Source of the DNA: an uncultured Acidimicrobiaceae bacterium
GTDB taxonomy: Bacteria; Actinomycetota; Acidimicrobiia; Spongiisociales; ZC4RG35
Assembly (NCBI GenBank): GCA_964617995.1
Contig: CAZTXD010000002.1
Coordinates: forward strand, 4,862-68,861
Reading direction: 5' to 3'
Length of the DNA stretch: 64,000 bases
Below, in pieces: positions 32,507 through 42,708 of the stretch; position 1 is the stretch's first letter, and each line of letters starts with the position of its first letter. Under the pieces are notes generated by a model. That model was not told where the DNA came from and ran no database searches. It saw only the letters and a list, made by a program, of their open reading frames with translations. Position numbers and translations under genes: made by a program.

Positions 32507-32718
32507 CGCCGATCGGGAAACTCCCACCAGGTCCACCAACGTTCCCTCTGGTGTGAGATCTCACCTGCTCGTACCGGTGGCGAGGAACGGTGGGTCACCT
32601 CGCCGGTGGCGAGGTCGATGACAAGAAAGGTCTCCTCGGGCATGGCCGGCTCACAGGGGCCTTTACGACTTTCAGTTCGAGCAAGTCCCGGTAACGCTCC
32701 CCCTCGGGGTTTTCACCT

Positions 32719-34662
32719 ATGGCGGCGCTTCATCGGCGGCGACAGACTGCCGATATGGGGCAACCCGAAGAGATGACCGTGATGGCGCAACAACCGATCT
32801 ACATCACCGGAGTCGGCGCTTACCTGCCCGGCGAGCCGGTCGACAACGACCACGTCGAGGCACGTCTGGGTGCCCTGACTCAGGGTTCCGACCGGCTACG
32901 GACCCGGATGCTGGAGGCGAACGGCATCATCACCCGCCACTACGCCCTCGACGGGAACGGGAACACCACGATGCTCAACGAGGAGCTGGCAGCGCGGGCC
33001 ATCCGCGCGGCAGTCGAGCATCGCGGCATCGGGCTGGAGGAGGTTGGGATGCTGGCCGTCGGCACCACCCAGGGTGACCTGCCGGTCCCCGGATTCGCCT
33101 CGATGGTCCATGGGCGGCTGGGAGGAGGCCCCAAGGAGATCCTGTCGGCCGGGGGCGTGTGCTGCTCGGGCGTCGCCGCCCTCTCAGCCGCCGGGGACGC
33201 CGTCCGGCTGGGGCGTCACCGGACGGCGGTGGCGGCCGGGTCGGAGCTGGTGTCCCGGGCGTTGCGAGCCTCGAGGATGGAGCAGGCGATGAACCGGGAC
33301 AGGCGGTCGGCGTTCGGAGCGGAGTTCCTCCGCTGGATGCTGTCGGACGGCGCCGGGGCGATGGTCGTCGAGGACCGGCCCCGCGCCGACGGCCCGTCCC
33401 TACGCATCGACTGGTCGCTCCTCGAGTCGCACGCCCACCGGTTCCCCGTGTGCATGTACGCCGGCGCCGTCGATGCCGACTCGGTGCGGGCGGGAAGCAC
33501 GTGGCAGGACATGTCCACGGCGTCGGAGGCCGATGCCGGGGCGCTGCTCAACCTGCGCCAGGATGTCGCCCTCCTCGACGGCGTGGTGGCCTTGGGGGTG
33601 GAGCGCTACATCGAGCTGGTCCGGGACGGTCACCTCGACCCGGACGGCATCGACCACCTCCTCTGCCATTACAGCTCGGAGCATTTCCGAGGCGACATCG
33701 TCAAGCTGATGTCGGAGGCGGGCCTGATGATCCCCGAGGATCGATGGTTCACCAACCTCCACACCAAGGGCAACACCGGTGCAGCCAGCATCTACATCAT
33801 GCTGGATGAGGCGCTCAGGACCGGCCGGTTCGCCGAGGGCGACCGGATCCTGCTGATGGTGCCCGAGTCGGGGAGGTTCTCTGTCTCGTTCGTCCAGCTC
33901 ACCTGCGTGGGTCCCGATCGGCCCGACCAGGTCGAAACCGGACCCCGAGTGGCTGTCGCCGACCCGGCCCCGATCCATCCCGTCACCTCTCCTTCGGGCT
34001 CCCCCAACGAGTGGCTGCTGGCGGAGCTGGGGCTGGTGTGGGCCCGCTTCGAGCAACGCTTGAGCCGGGTCCCGATGGTGAGCCGCATCGAGAACCGCGC
34101 CGCCACCCGGGAGGACTACCTCCGTCTCCTCTTGAACATGCGCCAGCAGGTGATGGAGGGCGCTCGCTGGATAACCCGGGCGGCCTCCAACCTCACGGTC
34201 GAGCACACCGATCTGCGTGCCGAGTTCATCCAGCACGCCGCCGAGGAGCAACGCGACTTCCGCATGCTCGAGAACGACTACGTGGCCTGCGGAGGGGACC
34301 GGGAGGAGATCATCTCGGGGGAGAAGAACGTGGGCTCGGAGGCGCTGTCGGCGTTCATGTTCCAGCAGGCGGACCAGGTCAACCCGCTCGACCTGCTGGG
34401 GGGGATGTACATCATCGAGGGCCTGGGGGCCAACAAGGCCGACCGCTGGGTCGACCTCCTCCGCGAGCAGCTCGACCTGAGTGACGACCAGGTGACGTTC
34501 CTGCGCTACCACGGGGGCGCCGACCAGGCGCACACCGAGGAGATGTTCGAGGTACTTCGCTCCGACATCATCACGTGGGAGGTTGCCCGCTCGATAGTCA
34601 AGACGGCCAAGGTCGTCGCCCGCCTCTACGCCCTCCAGCTGGAGGAGATCGACCATGTCTGA
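32719..34662 (+). CDS. 3-oxoacyl-ACP synthase III (FabH-like) fused to C-terminal heme-oxygenase-like (TenA/PqqC/HDO-fold) domain
   Basis: N-terminal ~380 aa: FabH-like triad context GGVCCSGVAAL (Cys), LLCHYSSEH (His), NTGAASI (Asn); C-terminal ~240 aa with ExxH/DxxH pairs (EFIQHAAEE, DQAHTEE) like diiron HDO enzymes; start probably internal (MTVMAQQPIYITGVG). Confidence 0.7.
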   Translation: MAALHRRRQTADMGQPEEMTVMAQQPIYITGVGAYLPGEPVDNDHVEARLGALTQGSDRLRTRMLEANGIITRHYALDGNGNTTMLNEELAARAIRAAVEHRGIGLEEVGMLAVGTTQGDLPVPGFASMVHGRLGGGPKEILSAGGVCCSGVAALSAAGDAVRLGRHRTAVAAGSELVSRALRASRMEQAMNRDRRSAFGAEFLRWMLSDGAGAMVVEDRPRADGPSLRIDWSLLESHAHRFPVCMYAGAVDADSVRAGSTWQDMSTASEADAGALLNLRQDVALLDGVVALGVERYIELVRDGHLDPDGIDHLLCHYSSEHFRGDIVKLMSEAGLMIPEDRWFTNLHTKGNTGAASIYIMLDEALRTGRFAEGDRILLMVPESGRFSVSFVQLTCVGPDRPDQVETGPRVAVADPAPIHPVTSPSGSPNEWLLAELGLVWARFEQRLSRVPMVSRIENRAATREDYLRLLLNMRQQVMEGARWITRAASNLTVEHTDLRAEFIQHAAEEQRDFRMLENDYVACGGDREEIISGEKNVGSEALSAFMFQQADQVNPLDLLGGMYIIEGLGANKADRWVDLLREQLDLSDDQVTFLRYHGGADQAHTEEMFEVLRSDIITWEVARSIVKTAKVVARLYALQLEEIDHV

Positions 34663-35500
34663 CAGCTCACTTGTAGCCTTCGTCGACCGTCCCGGGCCGT
34701 CTATCTGGGATGCCCTTGCCGGGGATCCCACCCACCACCTCAGCCGGCATTCGTTGTCGTTGCTGGAACGCGACGCCAACCGTTGGTCCGCCCGCTACCT
34801 GCGACCTCCCGCCCGGCTGATATCGAGGGTCCTCGTGGGGATCATCACCCTCCTCAAGCGGCTCCTGCCCGGGGACATGTCGTCACACCGCACGCTCGAC
34901 AGGCTCGGCGTCTGGTTCATGTCTAGATTCGTTTCGGAGGAGGGCGGGGAACTGCTCATGCGCCATTTCATCCTCGAGACCAACGTGCTGGCCTTCATCG
35001 CTCGCAACGCCGGTCTGGAGGAGCCGACCCTGCGACCTACCACCCTCGGTCAGCTCGGCGACAACGCGGTGGTGGTCCACGACGTCAACGTGTACGAGCT
35101 GCTCAGCGGGTTGGCCAACAAGCCGCTGCCGAGACCGGAGGACAGGACGTCGCCGCTCGATTTCACGATGCTCGATGTGACCCCCGTCGACACCACCGGC
35201 AAGCGGCGATGGATGCGTCTCGACCTGGAGACCGCCCTGGCGTGCATGAATGTGGCGTTCGCCCTCTTCACTACTGCCGAGGAATACCGGCGGGCGGTCC
35301 ACTCGCTGCAACTCGACGAGTCGTTGCTCGGGTGCCTTGCCGAGCTCACCGGCGATGAGCTGTTCCGAATCTGGAGGCCGGCCGGCTACGTGGCGATCGT
35401 GCGGACCAACCGCGACGTGCCCCGTGACCTGTTCGCCCACGCCATCGTCCACGAGTACGCCCATGCCCGCCTCGAGTGGCATGCCCGGAGGGCCGGTTAG
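34655..35500 (+). CDS. Hypothetical protein, translationally coupled to FabH-HDO fusion
   Basis: ATGTCTGA overlap (start 34655, upstream stop 34662); 281 aa, no recognised motif. Confidence 0.55.
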   Translation: MSDSSLVAFVDRPGPSIWDALAGDPTHHLSRHSLSLLERDANRWSARYLRPPARLISRVLVGIITLLKRLLPGDMSSHRTLDRLGVWFMSRFVSEEGGELLMRHFILETNVLAFIARNAGLEEPTLRPTTLGQLGDNAVVVHDVNVYELLSGLANKPLPRPEDRTSPLDFTMLDVTPVDTTGKRRWMRLDLETALACMNVAFALFTTAEEYRRAVHSLQLDESLLGCLAELTGDELFRIWRPAGYVAIVRTNRDVPRDLFAHAIVHEYAHARLEWHARRAG

Positions 35501-35812
35501 AGGCGTGCTCCGCGGGGAGGCTGTCCGTGTCGCCCAATTCCGGGCACCCCACGAGGAGAGCGCCGATACCACAACGGCCTGGGGTGGTCTCGAGGAGCAC
35601 CTCGACCCGGACAGATGGTCGTCGATAAGCTGAACGCCCAATCTCGAGCCGTACAACAGGTGGCACGCGGGTGACGAATGACGCGGAGATCCATGTATTA
35701 GGCGAGGCTTCCGCGGGCAGGATCGATGAGATGTCCATCGTATCATCGCACGGGATTGCGATTGGGGCGGACCGGCGGTCTCGATCCCGAAGTTCACCGA
35801 GGAGGTGTCTCG

Positions 35813-36475
35813 ATGAGTGAGAGAAGAACCACGGCCCGGGTGTTCCACGAAGCGGACGGGGTCGATGACTGGCGGGTCCTCTATTGGGGTGCGTACGCCT
35901 ACTACCGCACCGGGTCGTTCTCCGAGGGGGCGCGCTTCGTCGCCGCGGTCGCCGAGATTGCTGAGACAACAGGGCATTTCCCCGACGTCGACCTGCGCCC
36001 GGAGGGGGTGACGGTCCGGACGTTCTCACGCGAGGACGGATCGCTGAGCGAGCGCGACATCGACTTGGCTACGCGCATTTCGGCGGTGGCTCGGGAAAAC
36101 GGACTCGAGTCCGATCCATCGCAGGTGCAGGCCGTCGGCATCGCTGTGGCACACGACGCCGGTGTCGACGTGCGGCCCTTCTGGGCGGCGGCGTTCGGCT
36201 ATCGACACCTCGGAGCGGAGGACGCGATCGACCCGCACCGGCGCAACCCGCATCTCTGGTTCCACGAGCTCGACCCCCCGAAGCCCAGAAGGGGTCGCGT
36301 CCACATAGACGTCAGCGTTCCGGCCGATCAGGCGAAGGTGCGGGTAGCGGCTGCGCTCGCCGCGGGCGGACGAATCGTCGACGACTCCCACGTGCCCGGA
36401 TGGTGGACGCTCGTCTCTCCCGAGAACCACGGAGTCGACATAGCAGCGTGGCCGGACTTCGAGGACGAAGGCTGA
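35813..36475 (+). CDS. Pterin-4a-carbinolamine dehydratase-like / VOC fusion protein (intact paralogue of 6151-6804)
   Basis: ATG 35813 after GGAGG; PCD-like 'TGHFPDVDLRPEGVTVRT', C-terminal VOC-like 'RVHIDVSVPADQAKVRVAAALAAGGRIVDD'. Confidence 0.65.
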   Translation: MSERRTTARVFHEADGVDDWRVLYWGAYAYYRTGSFSEGARFVAAVAEIAETTGHFPDVDLRPEGVTVRTFSREDGSLSERDIDLATRISAVARENGLESDPSQVQAVGIAVAHDAGVDVRPFWAAAFGYRHLGAEDAIDPHRRNPHLWFHELDPPKPRRGRVHIDVSVPADQAKVRVAAALAAGGRIVDDSHVPGWWTLVSPENHGVDIAAWPDFEDEG

Positions 36476-36670
36476 GACCCAATCGACGCGAGGCGGAGCA
36501 CCCAGTGGTATCGATGCCACGCACAGGGCGGCCACGAACACCACCCACGAGATGGAGTGATCCTCCCCGGTTTCCACAGGCGCGGTACTCGAGTCTCGAC
36601 CGCCCAACGGTCAGAAGAGGGAGGACGGCCCATGCCCCCTCCCTCGACCGTGTTCAGGAGGCGATGACTG

Positions 36671-37432
36671 CTAGCCGCTGACGGTGAACTCCCGCACCAT
36701 GCCCTGGATGAAGTGCGGGGGCCCGTCGGCGGCCTCTGCCTCCTCGAAGGAGGTGGCCCCGGTGGGGATGAAGCAGATGATGACGTAGCGTCCGGACTCG
36801 AGGTCGGCGTACAAGGTCGACCCGTCACCCGGAGCTGCGAACGCCACCCCTCTGAACGTTGCCTTGTCCTCCACCTCCTCCTCGGGCAGCTCGAGCAGCT
36901 CCTCGATGGTCTCGGTGGTGTCGTCGTTGATCCGGATCAACGCCATCTCGTGCAACTCGGTCCCGTTGTTGGTGAAGTCGAAAGCGGTCATGCCCCCACC
37001 AACGGCATCGAGGTCGGCGTCGTAGGCATAGTCGATGGCGTCCACCTCGACGGTGGCGAACCCGCACTCGTCTCCGATGAACCCGTCGACGACCGCCGAG
37101 TCCTCGGCGAAGCTCGCCGATTCCGTAACGACGAAGAACGCCTCCTCGTCGAGGTCGGCTACCGGCGCGAGAAGGGCGTCGGCCATCCCGTTGACGGCTG
37201 AAGCTATCTCCGTCGGGGCGTTGGACTTGAGATCCTCGAGGCCGGCGGTGACTTCCTCGACCCACGGCACGGGATCGGCCTCATCTGGGCCGAAGTCGAG
37301 CAGCGTGCTGACTTCGATGTAGTCGTCGCAGAAGGCCCCCACCTCGGCACTGGGGCCGCTGCTACAAGCGCCAATCGTCAATCCAGCCACCAAGACCATG
37401 ACTCCTACCGTGGACGTGCGCGAAGCACTCAC
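36671..37432 (-). CDS. Secreted lipoprotein, acidic, unknown function
   Basis: Signal peptide with lipobox LTIGAC; Asp/Glu-rich mature protein. Confidence 0.6.
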   Translation of the reverse strand: MSASRTSTVGVMVLVAGLTIGACSSGPSAEVGAFCDDYIEVSTLLDFGPDEADPVPWVEEVTAGLEDLKSNAPTEIASAVNGMADALLAPVADLDEEAFFVVTESASFAEDSAVVDGFIGDECGFATVEVDAIDYAYDADLDAVGGGMTAFDFTNNGTELHEMALIRINDDTTETIEELLELPEEEVEDKATFRGVAFAAPGDGSTLYADLESGRYVIICFIPTGATSFEEAEAADGPPHFIQGMVREFTVSG

Positions 37433-37498
37433 TCATTCCTCCATTCGGATTTGGAGTGCAATTGCTAGAGGAGGGCCGCTACGGATTCGTTACGGGTC

Positions 37499-40230
37499 TC
37501 ACCACTGCCGCAGCAGCCAGAGCTCCGGCTCCCAGTCGCCCGAGGCGATGTCGGCGAAGAGCGTGACCGCCTGGGTCAGAGAATTCTCGGCCTCCTCCTT
37601 CCGTCCCGACTGGTGGTGGAGGTCAGCAAGGTGATTGAGGAGTGCCGCCTGATGGTGGCGGTATCCGGCCCGGTCGGCGATGGCCACCGCCTCGGTGACC
37701 ATCTCGACGGCCTCATCCAGCTCTCCGGCATCAGCGAGCAGATGTGCCTTGTTGTTGAGAGCTGCGATCCGGGCCGGTTCCGTGGAGCCGGCCATCTCCA
37801 GGGCATCGTCGACATGCTCTGTCGCCTTCTCCGGGTCGGGGTCGACGACGGCCAAGATGTTGTAGGCGCGGGCGACGAGCACGGGGTCTCGTTTCGCCTC
37901 TGCGGCTTCGAGAGCGGTCGTGGCGAAGGAGATGGCGGCTTCGGCGTCGCCCGTCCGGTGCTTGAGCAGCGCCCAATCGGCATACAGATCCGCCGGCTCA
38001 GGGTGGTCACGGCGAGCACGGGTGAAGCTCTCCTCGGCGAGTTCGAACCTACCGAGGATGCGGTAGAGGTCGCCGATGCGGTGTTCGACCAGGGCAAGAT
38101 CCGCGCCGGTGAAGTGTGAGGCGGCGGCGCGCAGTTCGCGCTTGGCCACCTGATAGTCGCCTCGGGCCATCGCTAGCTCACCGAGGGCAAGGCGCAGCCG
38201 TCCCATGTCGGGATGGCCGAGGGCGATCGCCATCTCATAGGAGGTGACCGCCTCGTCGTGGGCGTAGACAGCGCGGGCCAGATCTCCCGCCGACATGTAC
38301 CACGAAGCTGCGTCCTCACTGCCGGCTGCGTGCAGCTGGGCGGCGGCGGCCGTGGCCAGACGTGCATCGGACCGGACTCTGGGTTTCGCCAGGAGGGCCT
38401 CGGCGGCACGCCTGTGCAGGAGACGACGTCGGATCAACGACGTGGACTCGTAGCACATCGTCTCCAGGGCATCGAGGGTGAATCCGAGCTTGCCGTCTTC
38501 GTGTTCCCGCAGAAGGCCCGCTGAGATGAGCTCTTCGACCGCTTCGACTATCTCGTCTTCGGTGCGTCCGCTGGTGTCGCGCAGGAGCTGGGCGTCGCAG
38601 ATCCCGTCGAGGACTGCCGCCGCCGCCATTATCTGATGGGCGAGATCGGAGAGACGTCGACGTTTCGAGTCCATGTACTTCTGAACGCTCTCCGCGTCGG
38701 GGTTCACCACTCCGTCCGAGTCGAGTGCTTTCTTGACCAGGAGCGGTATGCCGCCGGTGGCGGCGATGATGGCTTCAACGTCGGTCTTCGGGTAGTCGTC
38801 GTGCAGGCTGGACGGGGTGAGAGGGTCGAGGACGAGCATCTCGTCGGGCTCTGTTGCGATCTCCCTGACGGCGGGATGCAGCGAGCCCACGTCTCGGGTG
38901 GCGACGACGAGAAGGAGAGGCAGGTTCCCAGCGCGTCGATGCACATAGGACACGAGGTGGGCCGACGCCGCGTCCATCCACTGGGCATCATCGATGGTCA
39001 CCACCACCGGCCCATTGGCAGTGGCCGGCTCCATCAACTCGAGGAAGGCCTCACGGAGACGGAGCTCTCCGAGGCTGCCCGATTCGCCTTCGGCCGCACC
39101 AGGCGCCAGCTTGGGATCGAGTCGGGTGAGCTCGGTGAGCGCCCACTCGGGGACGTTCAACTCGCCGCCGTTGTTGCTCGACACGAAGCCATCCAACAGC
39201 TGGGTGGCGACCCCGTATGGGAGTTGCGAGTCGGGACTGAAGGCCCTGCCTGAGACGATGGAGACTCCGAGATCTCGGGAGAACTGCACGAGGTACTCGA
39301 TCAATCGGGTCTTTCCCATCCACGAAGCTCCGGAAATCACCAAGAGCTTCCCCGGCGGGGAGATCGTATCGACGAGTCGGCGCAGCGTCTCCATCGCCTC
39401 CTCACGGCCGATCATCCCTGCCTCGACCGGCGACTCGGCGAGGCGGTGGGCCCTGACCGGCTTCCTCACTCCCGGGGCCGGCGGCAGATCCTCGTCGAGG
39501 ATGGCCTCGAAGAGCTCGGTGGTCTCATCGAGTGGGGGGACACCGAGCTCGCGATCGAGGACCGCCACACAATCGCGATAGGCCTGGATCGATCCCGGTC
39601 GATCACCGGCCCAGGCACAGAGAAGCATCAACAACCGGTGAGCGGGCTCGTGCAGCTCGTCGAGACGGATCCACCGAATCGCCGCAGCAGTCGCCTCGCC
39701 GTAGTCGCCGGAGCCAGCATTCCCCATCGCAAGACGTTGGAACACGTCTCCGGCCTCGAGACGGAGTGACTCTGTGACCATTCGGGCCCAGTCCTCGAAG
39801 TCCGGTGCCTCTCTCACCGAGAAGGCGCCGAGAAAGTCACCTCGGTAGAGGTCGGCCGCTTTACGGAGATGGGGAAGACAAGCCGGGCACACGTCGTGGA
39901 CGTCGTGATCATGTTGCCCGGTGGCCTCGACTTCGGTCCGGAACTGGTGGACGTCACAGATGAACCCGTCCTCGATCGTCACCCGGTTCCGATCGGCGTT
40001 GATCCAGTCCGCCCCGATCCCGCTGCGGAGAGCAGAGAGCGTCCGGCGCAAGGTGGCCCTCGACCTCTCCGGGGATGAATCGGCCCAGAAGAGCCCGGCG
40101 AGAGCATCACGGTCGGCACTGCGCTCGATGGCTAGATAGGCGAGCATGGCGATGGCCTTGCGCGTGTCCACCTCGACGTACGCCGAGTCGGCGGTCACCT
40201 CCGGCGACCCGAACAACCGTATTTCGAGCA
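37499..40230 (-). CDS. SARP/AfsR-family regulator (OmpR-type DNA-binding + BTAD + NB-ARC ATPase + TPR)
   Basis: Start placed at MLEIRLFGSPEV (ATG 40230); P-loop GASWMGKT; C-terminal TPR-like repeats. Confidence 0.85.
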
Positions 40231-40360
40231 TGCGATGACTTTCCCATTCGAAAATAGTCGATGCGTTACGGCAAGCGGATCTCGGCCACTTCGTGACGGG
40301 GCCAGCGACTGAGGCCATTTCCGTTGCGCTTACGTAACGAGGTCATGGCATCGTTGCGCC

Positions 40361-41548
40361 GTGATCGATCCCAGGAGAGTGGTTAGTCGGCGCGTAGCCC
40401 TCCACACCAGAGTCGTTTTGATCGCGGCGTCGACGGCCTTGATCGCGTATCTCCTCGGAGGGGCGCTCGGATGGTGGTCCGCGCTGGAGGGCGTGGAATC
40501 GTTGGTGATCATTGGGGCGTCGCTGATCTTCGTCGCTGTCGGTTCCTTGATCATCGGTAAGGCGGACTCGAACCGGGTTGGCTGGGTATTCGCCCTGGTC
40601 GGGATATCCATCCTGTTGTCCGGCGTGACCGGAGGGCTCGCCGACCGGGGCCTCCTCGTGTTCGACGCCATCGGTGGGGCGTTCTGGCTCTCCTGGCTCG
40701 CCGCGGTCGGGTTGGTGGTTCTCTGGTATCCCACCGGAAGACCAGCCAGTTCGCGATGGATCTGGGTCCAGTGGCTGGGATTTGTGTTGATCGGGCTCAC
40801 CTTCGTTCTCTATGTGTTTGCTGAAGAACTGTGCTCGGAATTCTCGGAGCCCCAAGGGTGCATCGGCTACGTGGCGAATCCGATCGGTGTCCCCGCTGTC
40901 CCCAATCCGGAGTTCGGCTGGATATCAGGCCCGCTCTTCGCTGGCGTCGCTGTGTTCCTCCTGTCATCGTTGGCGTCCCTGGTAACGAGATTTCGCCGAG
41001 CCAGGGGGGTGGAACGTCTTCAGCTCAAGTGGTTCCTGCTCGCCTGCACGGTCTTCGCAGTCGCGTTCGCGGGGACGATCTCCTACGAAGCGTGGTCCGG
41101 TCGGGCTTCCCCCTTTTGGCTCGGCATTCTCTTCCAAGTGGCGATCCTGGCGATGCCGGTGACAGCGACCCTGGCCATTCTCCGCTATCGGCTCTACGAG
41201 ATCGACCGGATCATCTCCCGGACGGTGTCGTATGCGCTGGTGGTGGGTCTGCTCGGGTTGCTGGTGGCCGGTGTGGCCGCGGTCGCCGGCTCGCAGTTCG
41301 AGACACCTTGGGTGGTGGCGGCCACCACGCTGGGGATGGCGGCGTTGTTCAACCCGGTGCGGAGGAGAATGCAGATCTGGGTGGATCGTCGTTTCAACCG
41401 GTCTCGCTATGACGCCCAGCGGGTGATGGACGAGTTCGCCGGTTCGTTGCGTGAGCGCGTGGACGCCGATGAGGTGGTTGAGGGATGGCTCGGGGTGGTC
41501 GACTCCACGATGCAACCTGCGGCTGTGGGTGTGTGGGTGAGGCAGTGA
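40361..41548 (+). CDS. Polytopic membrane protein, paralogue 1 of five-member tandem family (conserved C-terminal module)
   Basis: GTG 40361; FPTGR motif (YPTGRP), RLQLKW, C-terminal ILRYRLYEIDRIISRTVSYALV...VDRRFNRSRYDAQRVMDEFAGSLRERVD...QPAAVGVWVRQ. Confidence 0.8.
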   Translation: MIDPRRVVSRRVALHTRVVLIAASTALIAYLLGGALGWWSALEGVESLVIIGASLIFVAVGSLIIGKADSNRVGWVFALVGISILLSGVTGGLADRGLLVFDAIGGAFWLSWLAAVGLVVLWYPTGRPASSRWIWVQWLGFVLIGLTFVLYVFAEELCSEFSEPQGCIGYVANPIGVPAVPNPEFGWISGPLFAGVAVFLLSSLASLVTRFRRARGVERLQLKWFLLACTVFAVAFAGTISYEAWSGRASPFWLGILFQVAILAMPVTATLAILRYRLYEIDRIISRTVSYALVVGLLGLLVAGVAAVAGSQFETPWVVAATTLGMAALFNPVRRRMQIWVDRRFNRSRYDAQRVMDEFAGSLRERVDADEVVEGWLGVVDSTMQPAAVGVWVRQ

Positions 41549-42708
41549 TGGCGACGGACTCGATGCGTCGCCTCGGAGGAATCGCCATGGCTGTCTCGGC
41601 TCTTCTGCTGGGTGGGGTGAGTTTCGTATCGGCCCCGGAAGAACCGGTGGCGGTGGTGGTACAGCAGTTGGTGTTTGCCCTGGTCACGATGGGTGTGGGG
41701 CTGCTCCTCGTGTTGAGGCGGCCCGGGCACAGGATTGGCTTCGTGATGCTGGCCCTTGGCCTTTCCTTTTCGATGATGGGCATGGGTCAGGCACTGACAC
41801 GCGTCTCTCACCAGGTCGGAGACATGAGCCGAGCAGTCATTTGGGCTCAGTTCGAAGGAGTCGGTTGGGTCTTCTTCATCCTGACACTGTTCAACCTACT
41901 CCCTCTGTGGTTTCCCACGGGGAGGACGGCCAACGTCTTCGGGCAGTGGGTCCTCAGAGTCGCGCTGGCCGTGGCCATCGTTGGGGTGTTGGGCACTGTC
42001 TTTGCCGAAAGAACTTGCGTCTCTTGGCCGGCTGGGGGTGTCGGTGACGACTGTCTTGAGTTCGCCGCCAGCTCCTGGGGGTTCCTGGAGTACTCTGTCG
42101 GTGAGGTTGCCGGTCAGGCCGTCTTGCTGCTCACGGGCCTGATATCGCTCCTCACCCTCGGATATCGCTTCGTCCGCGCCAGGGGAACGGAGCGACAGCA
42201 GTTGAAATGGTTCGCTTTCGGATTCGCTTTGTTCGTCGTGGCCCTGGGGGCATCGCTGGTTCTGGGTACCAACATGGACTTGGTCATCTGGACCGCCATC
42301 GGTGTGGTGCCAGCTTCGATAGCGCTGGCGGTGCTTCGCTATCGCCTCTACGAGATCGACCGGATCGTTTCGAGGACGGTGTCGTACGCCCTGGTCGCAG
42401 GTCTGCTCGGGTTGCTGGTGGCAGCGGTGGCCGCGGTCGCCGGGTCGCAGTTCGAGACCCCTTGGGTGGTGGCGGCGACCACTCTGGCGGTGGCTGCAAT
42501 GTTCAACCCGCTTCGGCGGAGGGTTCAGGGATGGGTGGACCGTCGTTTCAACCGGTCTCGATACGACGCCCAGCGGGTGATGGATGACTTCGTCGGGTCG
42601 TTGCGGGATCGCGTCGACGCCGACGAGGTGGTCGAGGGCTGGCTCGGGGTCGTCGATTCCACGATGCAACCGGCAGCCGTGGGCGTGTGGGTGAAGGTAC
42701 CGGGGTGA
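41548..42708 (+). CDS. Polytopic membrane protein, paralogue 2
   Basis: ATG overlaps upstream TGA (TGATG); same motif set (FPTGR, RQQLKW, RYRLYEIDRIVSRT, DRRFNRSRYDAQRVMDDF, GVWVK). Confidence 0.8.
   Translation: MATDSMRRLGGIAMAVSALLLGGVSFVSAPEEPVAVVVQQLVFALVTMGVGLLLVLRRPGHRIGFVMLALGLSFSMMGMGQALTRVSHQVGDMSRAVIWAQFEGVGWVFFILTLFNLLPLWFPTGRTANVFGQWVLRVALAVAIVGVLGTVFAERTCVSWPAGGVGDDCLEFAASSWGFLEYSVGEVAGQAVLLLTGLISLLTLGYRFVRARGTERQQLKWFAFGFALFVVALGASLVLGTNMDLVIWTAIGVVPASIALAVLRYRLYEIDRIVSRTVSYALVAGLLGLLVAAVAAVAGSQFETPWVVAATTLAVAAMFNPLRRRVQGWVDRRFNRSRYDAQRVMDDFVGSLRDRVDADEVVEGWLGVVDSTMQPAAVGVWVKVPG
42463..42584 (+). repeat. ~122-bp tract identical to 44729-44850 (paralogue 2 vs paralogue 4)
   Basis: TGGGTGGTGGCGGCGACCACTCTGGCGGTGGCTGCAATGTTCAACCCGCTTCGGCGGAGGGTTCAGGGATGGGTGGACCGTCGTTTCAACCGGTCTCGATACGACGCCCAGCGGGTGATGGA present in both copies. 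Confidence 0.85.
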
